Of a stretch of DNA of 64,000 bases, positions 1 through 11,037 are shown one piece after another. Under the pieces are notes generated by a model. It had not been told where the DNA came from and did no database searches. It saw nothing but the letters and a program-made list of their open reading frames with translations. This DNA comes from Heteronotia binoei. Its lineage: Eukaryota. The position numbers and the translations under genes are program-made. The stretch is from contig NC_083239.1 of the NCBI RefSeq assembly GCF_032191835.1, forward strand, positions 23,994,001 to 24,058,000, given 5' to 3'. Position 1 is the first letter of the stretch; each line of letters opens with the position of its first letter.

Positions 1-1
1 C

Positions 2-901
2 CGGCTGTCTCCCACCAGGAGTGCCACTGCTGCTACCAAGGAAGAGGGGCTGATGCGGCGCCCTGTCCAGGCTGAATTCCTGAGTCCTGTGCCCCTCGAG
101 GGTGATAAGGTCCCCTTAATGAAAGTCTCCATGGAGAAGAAAAGCTTGGCCTCTAAAGCCAAGCATGGAGATGTATCACCCTTTTTGTCCAAAGGTGGAA
201 GTAGCTCATTGGGGACCCCTGCTGGTAGCAGCAGCAGCTACCGGCCTCCAGAGTGGTACCAGCCACCACCCATCTCTCCCCACATGGACTCCCTCTCCTA
301 TGTGTCTCAGGACTGTCTTGACTCTGGCATCGGCTCCCTGGAGAACCAGCTGTCTGAGATGTGGCCCAGCCCTTTGGCCAGCCACGGCAAGCACTCCCAC
401 CCGGATCACCTGGGAATGACCACCCATAGAGGGCAGCCCTACCATCCACCACCCGGCCCTGAGTCCAACAGCTACAGCCACTATCAGCCTCACAGCTATC
501 CCAAGCCTGTTTCAGCACCTAGCTCCAACACCAGCTTCTTGCAGTACAGCACAGATTTGCCACATGCCAGAGCGGCCCACTCCTTTTCCAGTTACGGCAT
601 GCCTCCCGACTCTGGCGCTTCTCTCAGCCCGGGGCAGAAGTATTGGTCCGAGCCTTACCAGCATCCCCCTGCAGTGCCCCGAGATCTGCCTCGAGCCCCC
701 CAGCGGACCTACAGCGACTCCTGCCAGTGGGTCTCGGCGGACCGCTTTGCTGAAGAGCGCGCCAACGTGCACGTCAAGCTGTGTGGGATCTTCCATCCTC
801 ACCTGGTGGATGCTGTCATGAACCGCTTCCCACAGCTGTTGGACCCACAGCAGCTGGCTGCTGAGATCCTCACTTACAAGTCCCAGAACCCCAGGGTGTG
901 A
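2..901 (+). CDS. ZC3H12A: Regnase-1/MCPIP1, last coding exon (5'-partial; window starts inside the exon)
   Basis: Frame is open from base 2 to the TGA ending at 901. It contains the DSGIGS beta-TrCP degron (320-337) and the C-terminal domain ERANVHVKLCGIFHPHLVDAVMNRFPQLLDPQQLAAEILTYKSQ, closely matching Regnase-1. Synteny with MEAF6/SNIP1 agrees. Confidence 0.95.
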   Translation, partial: RLSPTRSATAATKEEGLMRRPVQAEFLSPVPLEGDKVPLMKVSMEKKSLASKAKHGDVSPFLSKGGSSSLGTPAGSSSSYRPPEWYQPPPISPHMDSLSYVSQDCLDSGIGSLENQLSEMWPSPLASHGKHSHPDHLGMTTHRGQPYHPPPGPESNSYSHYQPHSYPKPVSAPSSNTSFLQYSTDLPHARAAHSFSSYGMPPDSGASLSPGQKYWSEPYQHPPAVPRDLPRAPQRTYSDSCQWVSADRFAEERANVHVKLCGIFHPHLVDAVMNRFPQLLDPQQLAAEILTYKSQNPRV

Positions 902-1703
902 GAGGCAGCAGATCCTGAAGATGAGTGTCTCCTAAGCAGTGCCCTCGGGAAGGTGGTTACTGCCACCCCAGAGGCCTTGAGAAATCACTGGCCTCTTCTG
1001 ATGCGTAACCACTTTGGGTTGCATTGTTAAGCAGCCTGGGTCATCACTGAGGGAGCCCCCAGCCTTTCTGTGAGTTAGGAAGGATGGGATGGGAACTGTT
1101 CCAGTGAACATCTTCTGAGGAACAGGGTTGCTGATTGCTGGATTTTTGGGGGACTTTCTCGAATGCTATTTCTCTGCAGTTCCTGAAATGAGGACATTTG
1201 TGGAAGACCAACTATGAACTGGCCTCACCCTTGCAACAGAGGGAAAGGGTAAACGTGTGTGTGTGGGGTCTGACCTTGTGTAAGATGCTGGTTTTTTAGT
1301 CAATGACTAGTGCCATGTTTGGCTGGATCTTGTTGGGCCTTTCTGCTTGCTGTGCATAAGAGATGGCACATGGGCATTCAAGGGTGGGATCTGGGCTTTC
1401 TCATTCTTTTTCACAAAGGTTTTGGAAAGGCAACTAGTTCCTTGCTTCTGGATATCAAAGCCCATCTCCCCTTGCTGAAGTGCCTTTGGGCAAGACACAG
1501 AATTTGAATCCAGCACACACAATTCCATGTTCCAAGAATCTCAGCTTTCTCTTCAAGTGAAAAAGCCTGTGCTTCTAGCGCTGTAACTACAGGATAATGT
1601 TTGCTAGAAATAATGTTTAAAGTACTTGGAGAGACCTTCTCACATGTGTCTCTGAACACACCCACACACTCAGGGTTGTAGGGTTGCTATACTCTGCATC
1701 GGA

Positions 1704-1922
1704 AATAATAATAATTGTGTGCTGTCAAATTGCAACTGACTTATGGCACCCCATGAAGTTCCTCCTCATGGATTTTTCAGGGCAAGAAGTAAGTCGAGGT
1801 GGTTTGGCCTTGCCTTTCTCTGCATAACAAGTCCAGTTTTCCTTGGTGGCCTCCCATCCAAGTACTAACCAGGGCCGACCTTGCTTGGTTTCCAAGCTCT
1901 GACAAGATCAGGCTATTCAGGC
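1704..1922 (-). mobile_element. 5S rRNA-derived SINE (5S-Sauria-like) in ZC3H12A 3'UTR
   Basis: Reverse strand reads ...gatcttgtcagagcttggaaaccaagcaaggtcggccctggttagtacttggatgggag (5S rRNA internal promoter region), then a Sauria/BovB-type tail and a (TTA)n end. Confidence 0.8.
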
Positions 1923-2392
1923 TGCTCCTAATCCATCAGTAGGTGATCTATGCAAAGCAGACTACCCAGTTTCAAGCATCTGTTCCAGTTGTGCTGAATG
2001 TTGACAGCCAGGATTCTCATTTGTTGCCTTCTCTGGACTCGGATCCTTGAAAGGCTCCTCTCTTTTCTTACAAGACAGCCCCTGTTGAAAAATTTGGCTT
2101 TTAAGAACCTCTGGGCTTCTAGTGGGGCTGGAGAGGAAGTGGGAAGGGTGCTACCTGCCTGCAGCTTTGGAGGGCACTCTAGAGTACCCTAGCAATTGTG
2201 CAGCTAGCAAAGCACAGTGATGGAGGACTTAAACAGTAGCAGAGGGATAAAAATGGTTTTTTCTGAGACTAGTTACAAGAGCAGGAAGCACCAAGGGCAC
2301 TCTGCCTCGAGAAAGTTCTGCTTCCTTCCGACCCCATTCCACTTGCAGACTTTCTCCTTAGTTAGGAGAAGATGGATTTAGTTTATACTGTT

Positions 2393-2572
2393 CAGGGCTA
2401 TTTTTGCAGCAGGAACTCTTGCATATTAGGCCACCCACCCCTGATGTAACCAATCCTCCAAGATCTTACAGTGGGCCCTCTAAGAAGAGCCCTGTAAGCT
2501 CTTAGAGGATTGGCTACATCAGGGGGGTGTAGCCTAATATGCAAAGGAGTTCCTGCTACAAAAAAAGCCCTG
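2393..2572. mobile_element. Palindromic hAT-type MITE
   Basis: Termini CAGGGCTATTTTT...AAAAAAAGCCCTG; arms are complementary over about 80 bp. Flanks atactgtt/ctcctgtt share only 5/8. Confidence 0.8.
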
Positions 2573-3513
2573 CTCCTGTTGGTTCGGTCTTGACCATTAA
2601 GTCCACTACTAACAGTGGACTAAGGGGAGCCTCCACGTTCAGGGGCAGTAGTCCTCTGAATCCTGGTGCCAGGAGGCAGCATGAGGGGAAGCCCTCAGCC
2701 TCTCTGCCCTGTTGGCCCTCCATAGTCACTGGGTGGCCACTGTGTGAGACTAAATGGGCCACTGATCTTATCCAGCAAGGCTCTTCTTATGTTCTTATTA
2801 ACAGTTCAAAGTTTTTTTAAAAAAATTACTTTTTAAGCAATTGATTCTGGTTCCTGCCCTTTTACAAATGTCCGGTTCACTTGCAGGCCAGGAGCAGTTG
2901 ACCTGTTGATGCACATTGTATCCTTCTGTATACGTTACGTATTCTCTTAAAACGGTCCATCCTGTGACTGAAGCTGAAACTGTCCCAGGTGGCACGAAGA
3001 GGGGGGAGGAGCGGAGCATGCTCTCCTGAGCTGCTGTGGGATGCTGCTCCTTCCCTCCGTCGTGCACCAGGTGTTCAGGTCAGCCACGCTAGCACTGTGT
3101 GCTGCGGGAATCACATGGACCCAGAAAATGCTGTATGTCCGGTTAAGTATGATAACACCACAAAACTGTGATGTTTCATGGTAGTAAGCAAAATGCTTTT
3201 AAAATTGTAAACCTTATAACTTCGCACCTTTTTTGTAAATTACAGAAGAGATTGTTTTTACTGGTATTGTATTATATACAAAAGCTGCCTCTGCTGTTGC
3301 TGGGATTCCTTTGTTCCACTCTGGCTTGACCGTCCCAGGTCAAGCTCATGCCAGTTCGGGGCTGTTGTCCAGCAACTGGAGGCTGAATTAAATAATTTAA
3401 AAAATAACTAGGACAATGAACACATCTTGAAGCTTGATGTATCTTTTTAAAAAGATATTTTTAAAAAACAGACTTCTGACTCTCCCTGAAGCAATTTATG
3501 ATTGTGTTGCTTA

Positions 3514-3519
3514 AATAAA
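3514..3519 (+). terminator. Probable ZC3H12A polyadenylation signal (3'UTR about 2.6 kb)
   Basis: First AATAAA I found after the stop codon, followed by GU-rich gttgcttatgttgtgtct. An ATTAAA also lies at 3387-3392. Confidence 0.65.
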
Positions 3520-3593
3520 AAATGCTGGTTGCTTATGTTGTGTCTCAGGCCTTTTATTCTGCAACCCAAAAAAGTTGGGACTTTTTGGCTTGG

Positions 3594-3697
3594 CATACAG
3601 AAGGTCCCAGGTTCAATCTCCAGCTAAAAGGATCAGCACAAAACCCACAGCCAGTCTGAATAGGTGGTCTGATTCAGTATAAGGCAGCGTCCATGTG
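3594..3697 (+). mobile_element. tRNA-head SINE fragment (Squam2-like)
   Basis: ggcatacagaaggtcccaggttcaat B-box region and gtctgattcagtataaggcagc tail, with an internal deletion. Confidence 0.6.
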
Positions 3698-5588
3698 ATC
3701 TTTCCTCACCCCCACCGCCTAGCAGAAGGGCTGGGCTGTTGTCTTGCTGTCAACTGCTAGGACTCTGAATAGGAAAATGAACTTTCCTAGCAGATGGAGA
3801 AAATGTTTGGGAGAACTCCAGGGAAATCCATGAGCACACAGGCCTGCGAGAGCTTCCTTGCTGAACAGCTGTTTGCACTGACTCAGGGCTGTCAGAATGA
3901 CATCTTTATTCCCAACCCAGAGGCTTTCAAATCCAAAATGGCCACCAGTCATTCAAAGTTGGAGCTTTTAAGTAGTTACTTGGCTGGCTGGTCCCCTGCT
4001 CCCTGTTCCTACAGAAAGTGCTTAGGAGCTAGGCTGCAACCTATATTTTTTGCTTAGGCAAAGGCCAGATGTGTACAACAAAAGCTAGGGAACGGTTGTG
4101 GCTCAGTGATAGAACACCTGCTTGGCATACAGAAGGTCCCAGGGGAGGAAAGGGCCTTCAGTGAGATATACCATAGATCCACTTCCCAAAGCAGCCATTT
4201 TCTTCACGTGAACCGATCTCTGATGCCTGGAGAACAGTTGTGATCCCCGGAGATCTCCAGCCACCAGCAACCCTATTCGGGACTGCAAGATATACTCTGC
4301 AGAATTCTCTCCTGAGTTTCCTGCGGTCTGCTGTGACCTCAATTTTTTGGGGTAGTCCTCCTAATTTTAAAGCTTCTACTATGGAGTTGGAGAGCAAGGC
4401 TGTGATGCGATCACACACACTAAATAATTCACTTTAAATGCACTTTACAACTAGATTTTAGTGTGAATTGGCAAAATCTAATTGGAAAGCACACTGAAAG
4501 TGGATAGTGCATTATTTATTTTCCATCATTTAGTGTGTGTGATCACAGCCCAAGAGGATGAAGAGAATCTTCAGGATCAGGCTTGAGAGCGCTCTGCCTC
4601 CCTAGAGGGAACACCCTAAAGACTGAACTAGACCAGCTTCTGGCGAGTTGCATCTGACCAGCCAGGCTCCGTCACAGTCCCTTCTTCCAGAGTTGTTTGG
4701 GCAGCTCTCCCTTCGCAGGGCCTCTCAGGGACCTCCTGCTGGGCCTGAACTTTCACTTGAACCCTGCCAGGGGTTTTCCCAGCCCCAGAAATCACCTGAC
4801 TGAGAAGCAGCTTCCCGATGGCGGATGTGTGGGTGGAAACCGGGGTTGGGCTGCTGGGGAGGCGGCTTGCTGGAAGCGGCGTTCAGGCTGTCTGTGTCCA
4901 AGGCTGTGACTATGAAGCGGTAGGCTGCGGGTAGGGAGGCTGCCTATAGGTTTGCAGGAAGGTCGGATGATGTATATCTGGGAATGGGTAATGCACGAGG
5001 GAGGGAGGGAAGCTGTCAAACCAGAAGCACAGCCAGTTACGAAAAAGGAAAAGGCTGAACAATAGTTTGGTAACATGGTGGAAACAAAGTGGGAAGAAAT
5101 CACAATGAGCCAGGAAGGATCAAGCGGAAGGGAAGGTATTAATTCAGCTTCTGAGGCTGGGCTGATTGGGTAAATTAGGATTTTAATTTGGGTCATCCAA
5201 AACCAACCAAGGCTGGTCATTGGTTTGTTTTCAGGAGTATAGGCCCTGCAAAATGACACACACACAGCTTCCCTCTCTGGCTGTTGCAAGTTTGCTCCTC
5301 CACCCACCCACCCAGATGGGTGCCTCCTTCCCCTGGATTGCATTGCCTAGAGATGGCCTCACCCAGTCCAAGCCAAGGTGAAAGGGAATTCCCCCGAGCA
5401 AAGGCAAGCAGCTTAATTCCTGTGGCCAGGAGCCATGTGCCTCTGCTTATGTTTTGGCCCTGTGGCGAAGGGCTGTTGGTGTGAACCTGGATCCCTCAAT
5501 GCAGGGAGGTCTGCCGGGATCTTCTGGCCTCAGAGGCAGCCTAGAAAGCTAGCCTCTGAAAAGGGATTATGTTAAGGAATGCCTAATA

Positions 5589-5887
5589 GAGCCCTGTGGC
5601 GCAGAGTGTTAAAGCTGCAGTACTGCAGTCCTAAGCTCTGCTCACGATCTGAGTTTGATCCCGGCGGAAGCTGGGTTTCCAGGTAGCTGGCTCAAGGTTG
5701 ACTCAGCCTTCCATCCTTCTGAGGTAGGTAAAATGAGTACCCAGCTTGCTGGGGGGAAAGTGTAGATGACTGGAGAAAACAATGGCAAACCACCCCGTAA
5801 AAGGTCTGCCGTGAAAACATTGTGAAAGCAACGTCACCCCAGAGTCAGAAATGATGGTTGCTTGCACAGGGGATCTTTCCTTTCCTA
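5589..5887 (+). mobile_element. Sauria SINE (Squam1), near full length
   Basis: gtggcgcagagtgttaaagctgcagtactgcag head through gcttgcacagggga-tctttcctttcct tail. Confidence 0.85.
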
Positions 5888-6020
5888 AGGAATGCCTAGG
5901 AAGCTTTGTGTACATGCACATGAAATCTTATACCCAGAATTAAACTTTGCTAGTTTTAAAGGTACCACTGGATTCAGTTCTAAGCTAAACTGAGACATTT
6001 ATTAATAGTCTTCAACTTTA

Positions 6021-6236
6021 GGGGAGGGACGGTGGCTCAGCAATAGAGCATTTGCTTGGTAAGAAGGTCCCAGGTTCAATCCCCAGCATCTCAAACTAAA
6101 AGGCTCCAGGCAAATTGGTGTGAAAAACCTCAGCTTGAGACCCTGGAGAGCCGCTGCCAGTCTGAGTAGACAATACTGACTTTGATGGACCGAGGGTCTG
6201 ATTCAGTATAAGGCAGCTTCATTTGTTCATATGTTC
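6021..6236 (+). mobile_element. tRNA-head SINE with CR1-type tail (Squam2-like)
   Basis: A-box ggtggctcagcaatagagc, B-box ggttcaatcc, tail gattcagtataaggcagcttcatttgttcatatgttc. Confidence 0.85.
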
Positions 6237-6248
6237 CAGTGTGCAAAC

Positions 6249-6436
6249 CAGGGTTACCAGGTCTGTGTTAGAAAATACCTGGAGATTTTGGTGGTGGATC
6301 CGGGAGAGGGCAGGGTTTGGGGAGGGGCTTCACAATAGAGGCCACCCTTCAAAGCAGCCATATTTTTCAGGGGAGCTGACCTCTTGCCAGCTGTAAAAGC
6401 AGATCTCCAGGCCCCACCTGGAAGCTGGCAACCCTA
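6249..6436. mobile_element. hAT-like MITE (TAGGGTTGCCA terminal family)
   Basis: Termini cagggttaccag / ctggcaacccta. No TSD recognised. Confidence 0.7.
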
Positions 6437-6519
6437 ATTCCTGCATGCTATGCTATTGTTTCTGTTTTACAGATAGGGAATTTGATTTACACATAGTTAA
6501 TGGAGATCTGAACTGACAC

Positions 6520-7440
6520 CCAGGGTGTGTGTGGTGGAATTTTTTACAAGTTTGGGGGCCATTCTTTCCCCAGTGCTATCTAACATCTATATGCATCCTC
6601 TCACCCAGCTGGTGCAGTTTTGCTGGGTTGTCACCAGCATGCTGATGACTCCAGCTATATTAGTTGATGGGCAGCCAGCCAGATGCCACCCCAGAAAATC
6701 TGGCAAAGGGATTGGAGACCATGGTCAGATGACTGAAACAGAGCAAGCTGGAGATCCTGTGGCTAAAGAAGGGAGACTTGAGATTAGACACCCAGCTTCC
6801 AACTCTGGACAATGCTTCTTTAACACCAGCACCAATGGTGGGGTCAGGTGTGGTTCTTCATATTTCCTTGTCAGTGGAGGCCCAGATCACAAATGTGGCC
6901 AGATCAGCATTTTTCTATGTCAGGTCCAGCAACTGGCTCCCTTCCTATCTCACCCTGATTTAGCCACTGTGATCCATGCAATGATCACTTCCAGACTAGA
7001 TTACTGTAACTCACTCTACATAGAGCTACCCATGAAAATGACCTGGGAATTTCAACTGGCAACTTCAACTTAAAATGCAGCAGTCCACATCCTGACAGGA
7101 ACCCCTGTTAGAGCCTGTATCCAACTAGTGCTCTGCCAGCTATACTAGCTCCAGATTGAATACCAGATCAAATTTAAGATGTTGTTTTTGACCTTTAAAG
7201 CCCTTTACCGTCTGGGACCAACATAGCTTCAGGACTACCTCTCCTGGCAGATTTCCCAAAGAGCACTAGTCTTCAAGTAACACACTGATGGTACAGGGCC
7301 AATGAATACTCATCTAGCCTCAACTAGTGGTAGCCTCAGTTTGGTGGAATGCACTTCTGAGTGAGATCTGGGCCCTGCAGGACTTACGGTAGTTCAGTTC
7401 CACAAGGCTGTAAAACAGATGCTCTGCCAAGTGTACAGGT
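6520..7440 (+). mobile_element. L2-clade LINE, degenerate RT and 3' region
   Basis: Peptide GAILSPVLSNIYMHPL, a frameshifted (Y/H)ADD motif (catgctgatgac), then QLAPFLSHPDLATVIHAMITSRLDYCNSLY, typical of L2 ORF2. Multiple stops and frameshifts. Confidence 0.85.
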
Positions 7441-8884
7441 AAGTCCAGGGGAATTCCTATCGATATAGTTCTTCCTGCCTCGTCTCCCCCCCCTCCCTTT
7501 TTTCTTCCCCTGGGAGGGTGATAGTGTTATATGCCATCGGATTAATTGTACATACCTGAATTTATGTTTTTAACAGTATTTTAAACTGATTATATAATGT
7601 AATCTGCTCTGAACCCCACAAAAGCAGGGGAGGGCAGAAGAGAAATCAAAAGAATAAAATAAATAAGTTCCAAGAGCAAAAAATATCTTGAAATTTTTCT
7701 TATCATGATGGCTGTGAAGGGGAAAACTCAGGAACTGGAAAACCAACTGGGAGCAGAATAGCCACTACAGTTTGTGACTATGTATGTGATTGCTCCACCT
7801 CAATGAAAACACTAGAGCTCTGAGGCTGATATGCGTGTTAAGAACCCCCAATTTATTGTGGAAGAAGTTCCAGTGTAGGTTTTGGAATCCTTGCCTTCTC
7901 TCTAGTGACCTTTAGAGGATGCTTTCTTCAGAACCAGACTGCGTAGATCTAGCTATGGGGAGTACATCCTGCAGCCCAGAAGCCATTCTGAAGCACAGAA
8001 AGTTTTCCTTTCTGCATTTGGCCATCCAAGCCAAGCTCCATCCTGCAAACCAGCATTGCGCATTTTATTTTTCAGGCCTGCCCAAAAACATTCTGAGGCC
8101 CGAGCAAGGTAGTCCCCTGTGATGGAACCATCCCGATTCTGCCTTCAGACCCGGTCCAGTCAACTTCCTTTTGAGTTGCCAATTCCTGGAGGGAGCTTAT
8201 CCTCTTCCCACTAGGGCACGCTGCCACCACCTGTTCAATTTAGGGGTTCCTGACCAAGAGGAACAGGACTCCCAATCCCCCTTGCTAGTTCTGAGGCCTG
8301 GCCTCAAGGTCCTCTGGCAACCCAGCACCTGGTTATGACAGAGACCAAAGTCCTTTGGGAGACCCCTGGAGATTGGCACCCTTGCGAACTGTATGCCTTC
8401 CCCCTTTCCTGGACTCCCCTCTTGCAGTAGCGTGGTCTAAGGCGGTTGGGGAACCTATGTGGTACAGAGGGACTACCTTTTTAAACAGATAAAATATTTA
8501 TTTAAAATTTATAACTATATACAGGCATTTTTAAATACAGGGTGAACAGAAGTAATAAATGATTGCAGGGATAAATGCTTCTTCTTTCCCTAATATATAA
8601 CTGGCCCTGACCATACCATCCAGAACCCATTCACCAGTCACCAAGACACAAACTCAACTGACTGTCAGCTTCCCCTGACAACTTTTAGCTGCCCGTTTCC
8701 CTCCAAAAAACCTCTAATATAAAACCCAGTCCCCCCCCCCCCACAAGAACTGGTTTTGCCTCCTGCAGCCTTCTGGGAAATCATCCAGAAAGACTTCCTG
8801 TCTCTCTAGGAGGCCTCCTCAGAAGTGCTGCTTCCAGACAGGAGGGGAGGGGGAAGGAGGAATAGACTAGGCCAAAGCCTTGCC

Positions 8885-9300
8885 TAGAGTTGTATAGACT
8901 CCTCTAGCCAACTCCCAGACAAGCACAGGCCTAAAATGGTGTTTCTCCACACCTCCCCCTCCTTAGATTCTAAGCTGGAGGGGTTTCCTCCTACCAAGGT
9001 GACCCCATAGCAGAATAGGATTGCCAAGTCCAATTCCAGAAATATTTGTGGACTTTGGGGGTAGAGCCAGGAGTCTTTGGGGGTGGAGCCAGGAGACACT
9101 AGGGTAGAGCTAGGAGCAAGGGCGTGACAAGCATAATTGAATTCCAAGGGAGTTCTGGCCATCACATTTAAAGGGGCAGCAACCCTAGCGAATGGGGCCT
9201 CTGGGATCCCCCCCCCAAACTTACCAGCAACCCCCCACAACTTTCCATCCAGCCCAGGCCCACCTGATAACTTACTGGCACCGGGAGGTTGGCAACCCTA
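8885..9300. mobile_element. hAT-like MITE, relative of the 10530-11037 copy
   Basis: Right TIR ggttggcaacccta. Internal ggacttt-gggggtggagccaggagac...gttctggccatcacatttaaaggg block is shared with 10544-10680. Confidence 0.75.
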
Positions 9301-9900
9301 CACGGCGGCGACAGTTTTACGTCTCTGCTCGTCAACACCTCCGCCACAAACTGCATTTTGAGCCTCAGTCCTTTGGTTGCCCTCCCACTCCACCGCACAA
9401 GCACTCTGATACCTCGCGTACTCTGCTTGTTGTCTTGACAACGGTTGCTTCGCTCACGTTTCCCTCCTTCCGCTAGCATCCTTTTAGATGAGGTTTATTT
9501 GCTCCGGAAAAGGTGGGAATAGTAAAGAGAAACTCCTCCCATTCCTGAGTCACACACAAGCTGGAAGTGGCTGTTGGTGATATTCTGATTGACAGCGATC
9601 AGGCAAGTCCAGCGAGTTTAAAAAGCCGTTAAAATGGCGGGTAAGTTTTGTTAAGCGGGTAAACCCGTCTCTAGCAGACTGCAATGAAAGGGGGCGAGGG
9701 TTGAGCGGACGATTCTATTTCGAATGTGATTGGTTTACAAGGTGTCACGAGATAGGGAAAAAAGAGGAGGGGGCGAGGCGAATGAGGCGGCAGCGCAGCA
9801 GTGTCGCCTGCTCCGAGATGGGGCAGCTCGCCACGCTCTTTGGCGCCATTTCCCCCCTCCCCCCGCTTCCGTTTTCTTGGGGAGCGGGGGAAGAGGCTGG
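9300..9900. promoter_or_regulatory. Orphan CpG-rich promoter-like island
   Basis: CpG-rich. TGAGTCA 9546-9552, TGATTGACAG 9586-9595, AAAATGGCGG 9631-9640 followed by GTAAGT, GC boxes 9691-9700 and 9770-9778, ATTGG 9729-9733, GGCGCCATTT 9842-9851. Confidence 0.55.
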
Positions 9901-10529
9901 AAATCCTGGGGTCCCCCGCCAGGGCGGGAGGGTTGGGAAGCCTATAGCAGAATCCAAAATAACTAAGGAGAAACCCATTAACCAAAACATACAAAGATTA
10001 GGAATTTTCCTAAAATATAAAGTCCGACACTTTTAAGTGTCCACGTCCACGTTTTCTGGCCAAAAAGTCTGCAATCACGCTGTGATTAGGAGAAGGCACA
10101 ACCTTAAACCCTCTGTGAAGGTTGATAGGTTTGTTTATTTATTCATTTATAGCGACCTTTCTCCCCACTGGAGTGAGGAAGAGAAGACAGCAACAGATGA
10201 GTGTGAACACAACTGCTGGAAAGGCCCACTTGCTGCTGCAGTGTGTTTGCAATTTGTCCCCAGAGCGAGACCAGCCAGTTGTATCTTTGGCTGTCTGGTT
10301 ATACCATCACAGTTTTGCTCTAGGCCAGTATGGTACTTCTCAGCATCACCTCCCTGTTTCCAGGGCCTGCAGCTCATCCCATTCTCAGCAGCTACTCACC
10401 GAACAAGATACTTCATGCCCTCTCATGACTCACCTGTTCTGGCCATGGAGGAAGCAACTGCTAGTAGATTGCATCACACCCTGCCTCTCTGCTGCAGATG
10501 ATCCAGACATGGAAAGACTGACATGTCCT

Positions 10530-11037
10530 TAGGGTTGCAAAGTCCAATTCAAGAAATATGTGGGGACTTTGGGGGTGGAGCCAGGAGACATTAGGGGTGG
10601 AACCAAGATCAAGGCTGTGACAAGCATCATTGAACTCCAAAGGGAGTTCTGGCCATCACATTTAAAGGGATGGCACACCTTTTCAATTCCTTCCTTCCAT
10701 AGGAAATAATGAAGGATAGGGGCACCTTCTTTTGGGGCTCATAGAATTGGACCCCCTGGTCCAATCTTTTTGAAACTTGGGGGGTATTTTGGAGAGATGC
10801 ACTAGATGCTATACTGAAAATTTGGTGCCTCTACCCCAAAAAACATCCCCTCCAGAGCCCCAGATACCCGTGGATCAATTCTCCATGATTTTCTATGGGA
10901 ATAAATCTCCATAGGGAATAATAGAGTTCCCAGCAGACATTTCCCTCCCCTCCCCCCGCTTTCTGACGACCCTGAAGCGGGAGGAGGGCCTCCAAACTGG
11001 GGGATCCCCTGCCCCCACCTGGGGATTGGCAACCCTA
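10530..11037. mobile_element. hAT MITE with perfect 8-bp TSD
   Basis: TIRs TAGGGTTGCA / TGGCAACCCTA; TSD CATGTCCT at 10522-10529 and 11038-11045. Confidence 0.92.

Noticed and set aside
4792-5343. 183-aa ORF on the minus strand, and the 154/136-aa ORFs at 10037-10532
   Set aside because: No recognisable homology or convincing splice context; composition looks non-coding.
6021-6095. tRNA-like A/B boxes (also at 12036, 18893, 19087, 24106, 48301)
   Set aside because: These are SINE heads continuing into a shared SINE body and tail, not tRNA genes.
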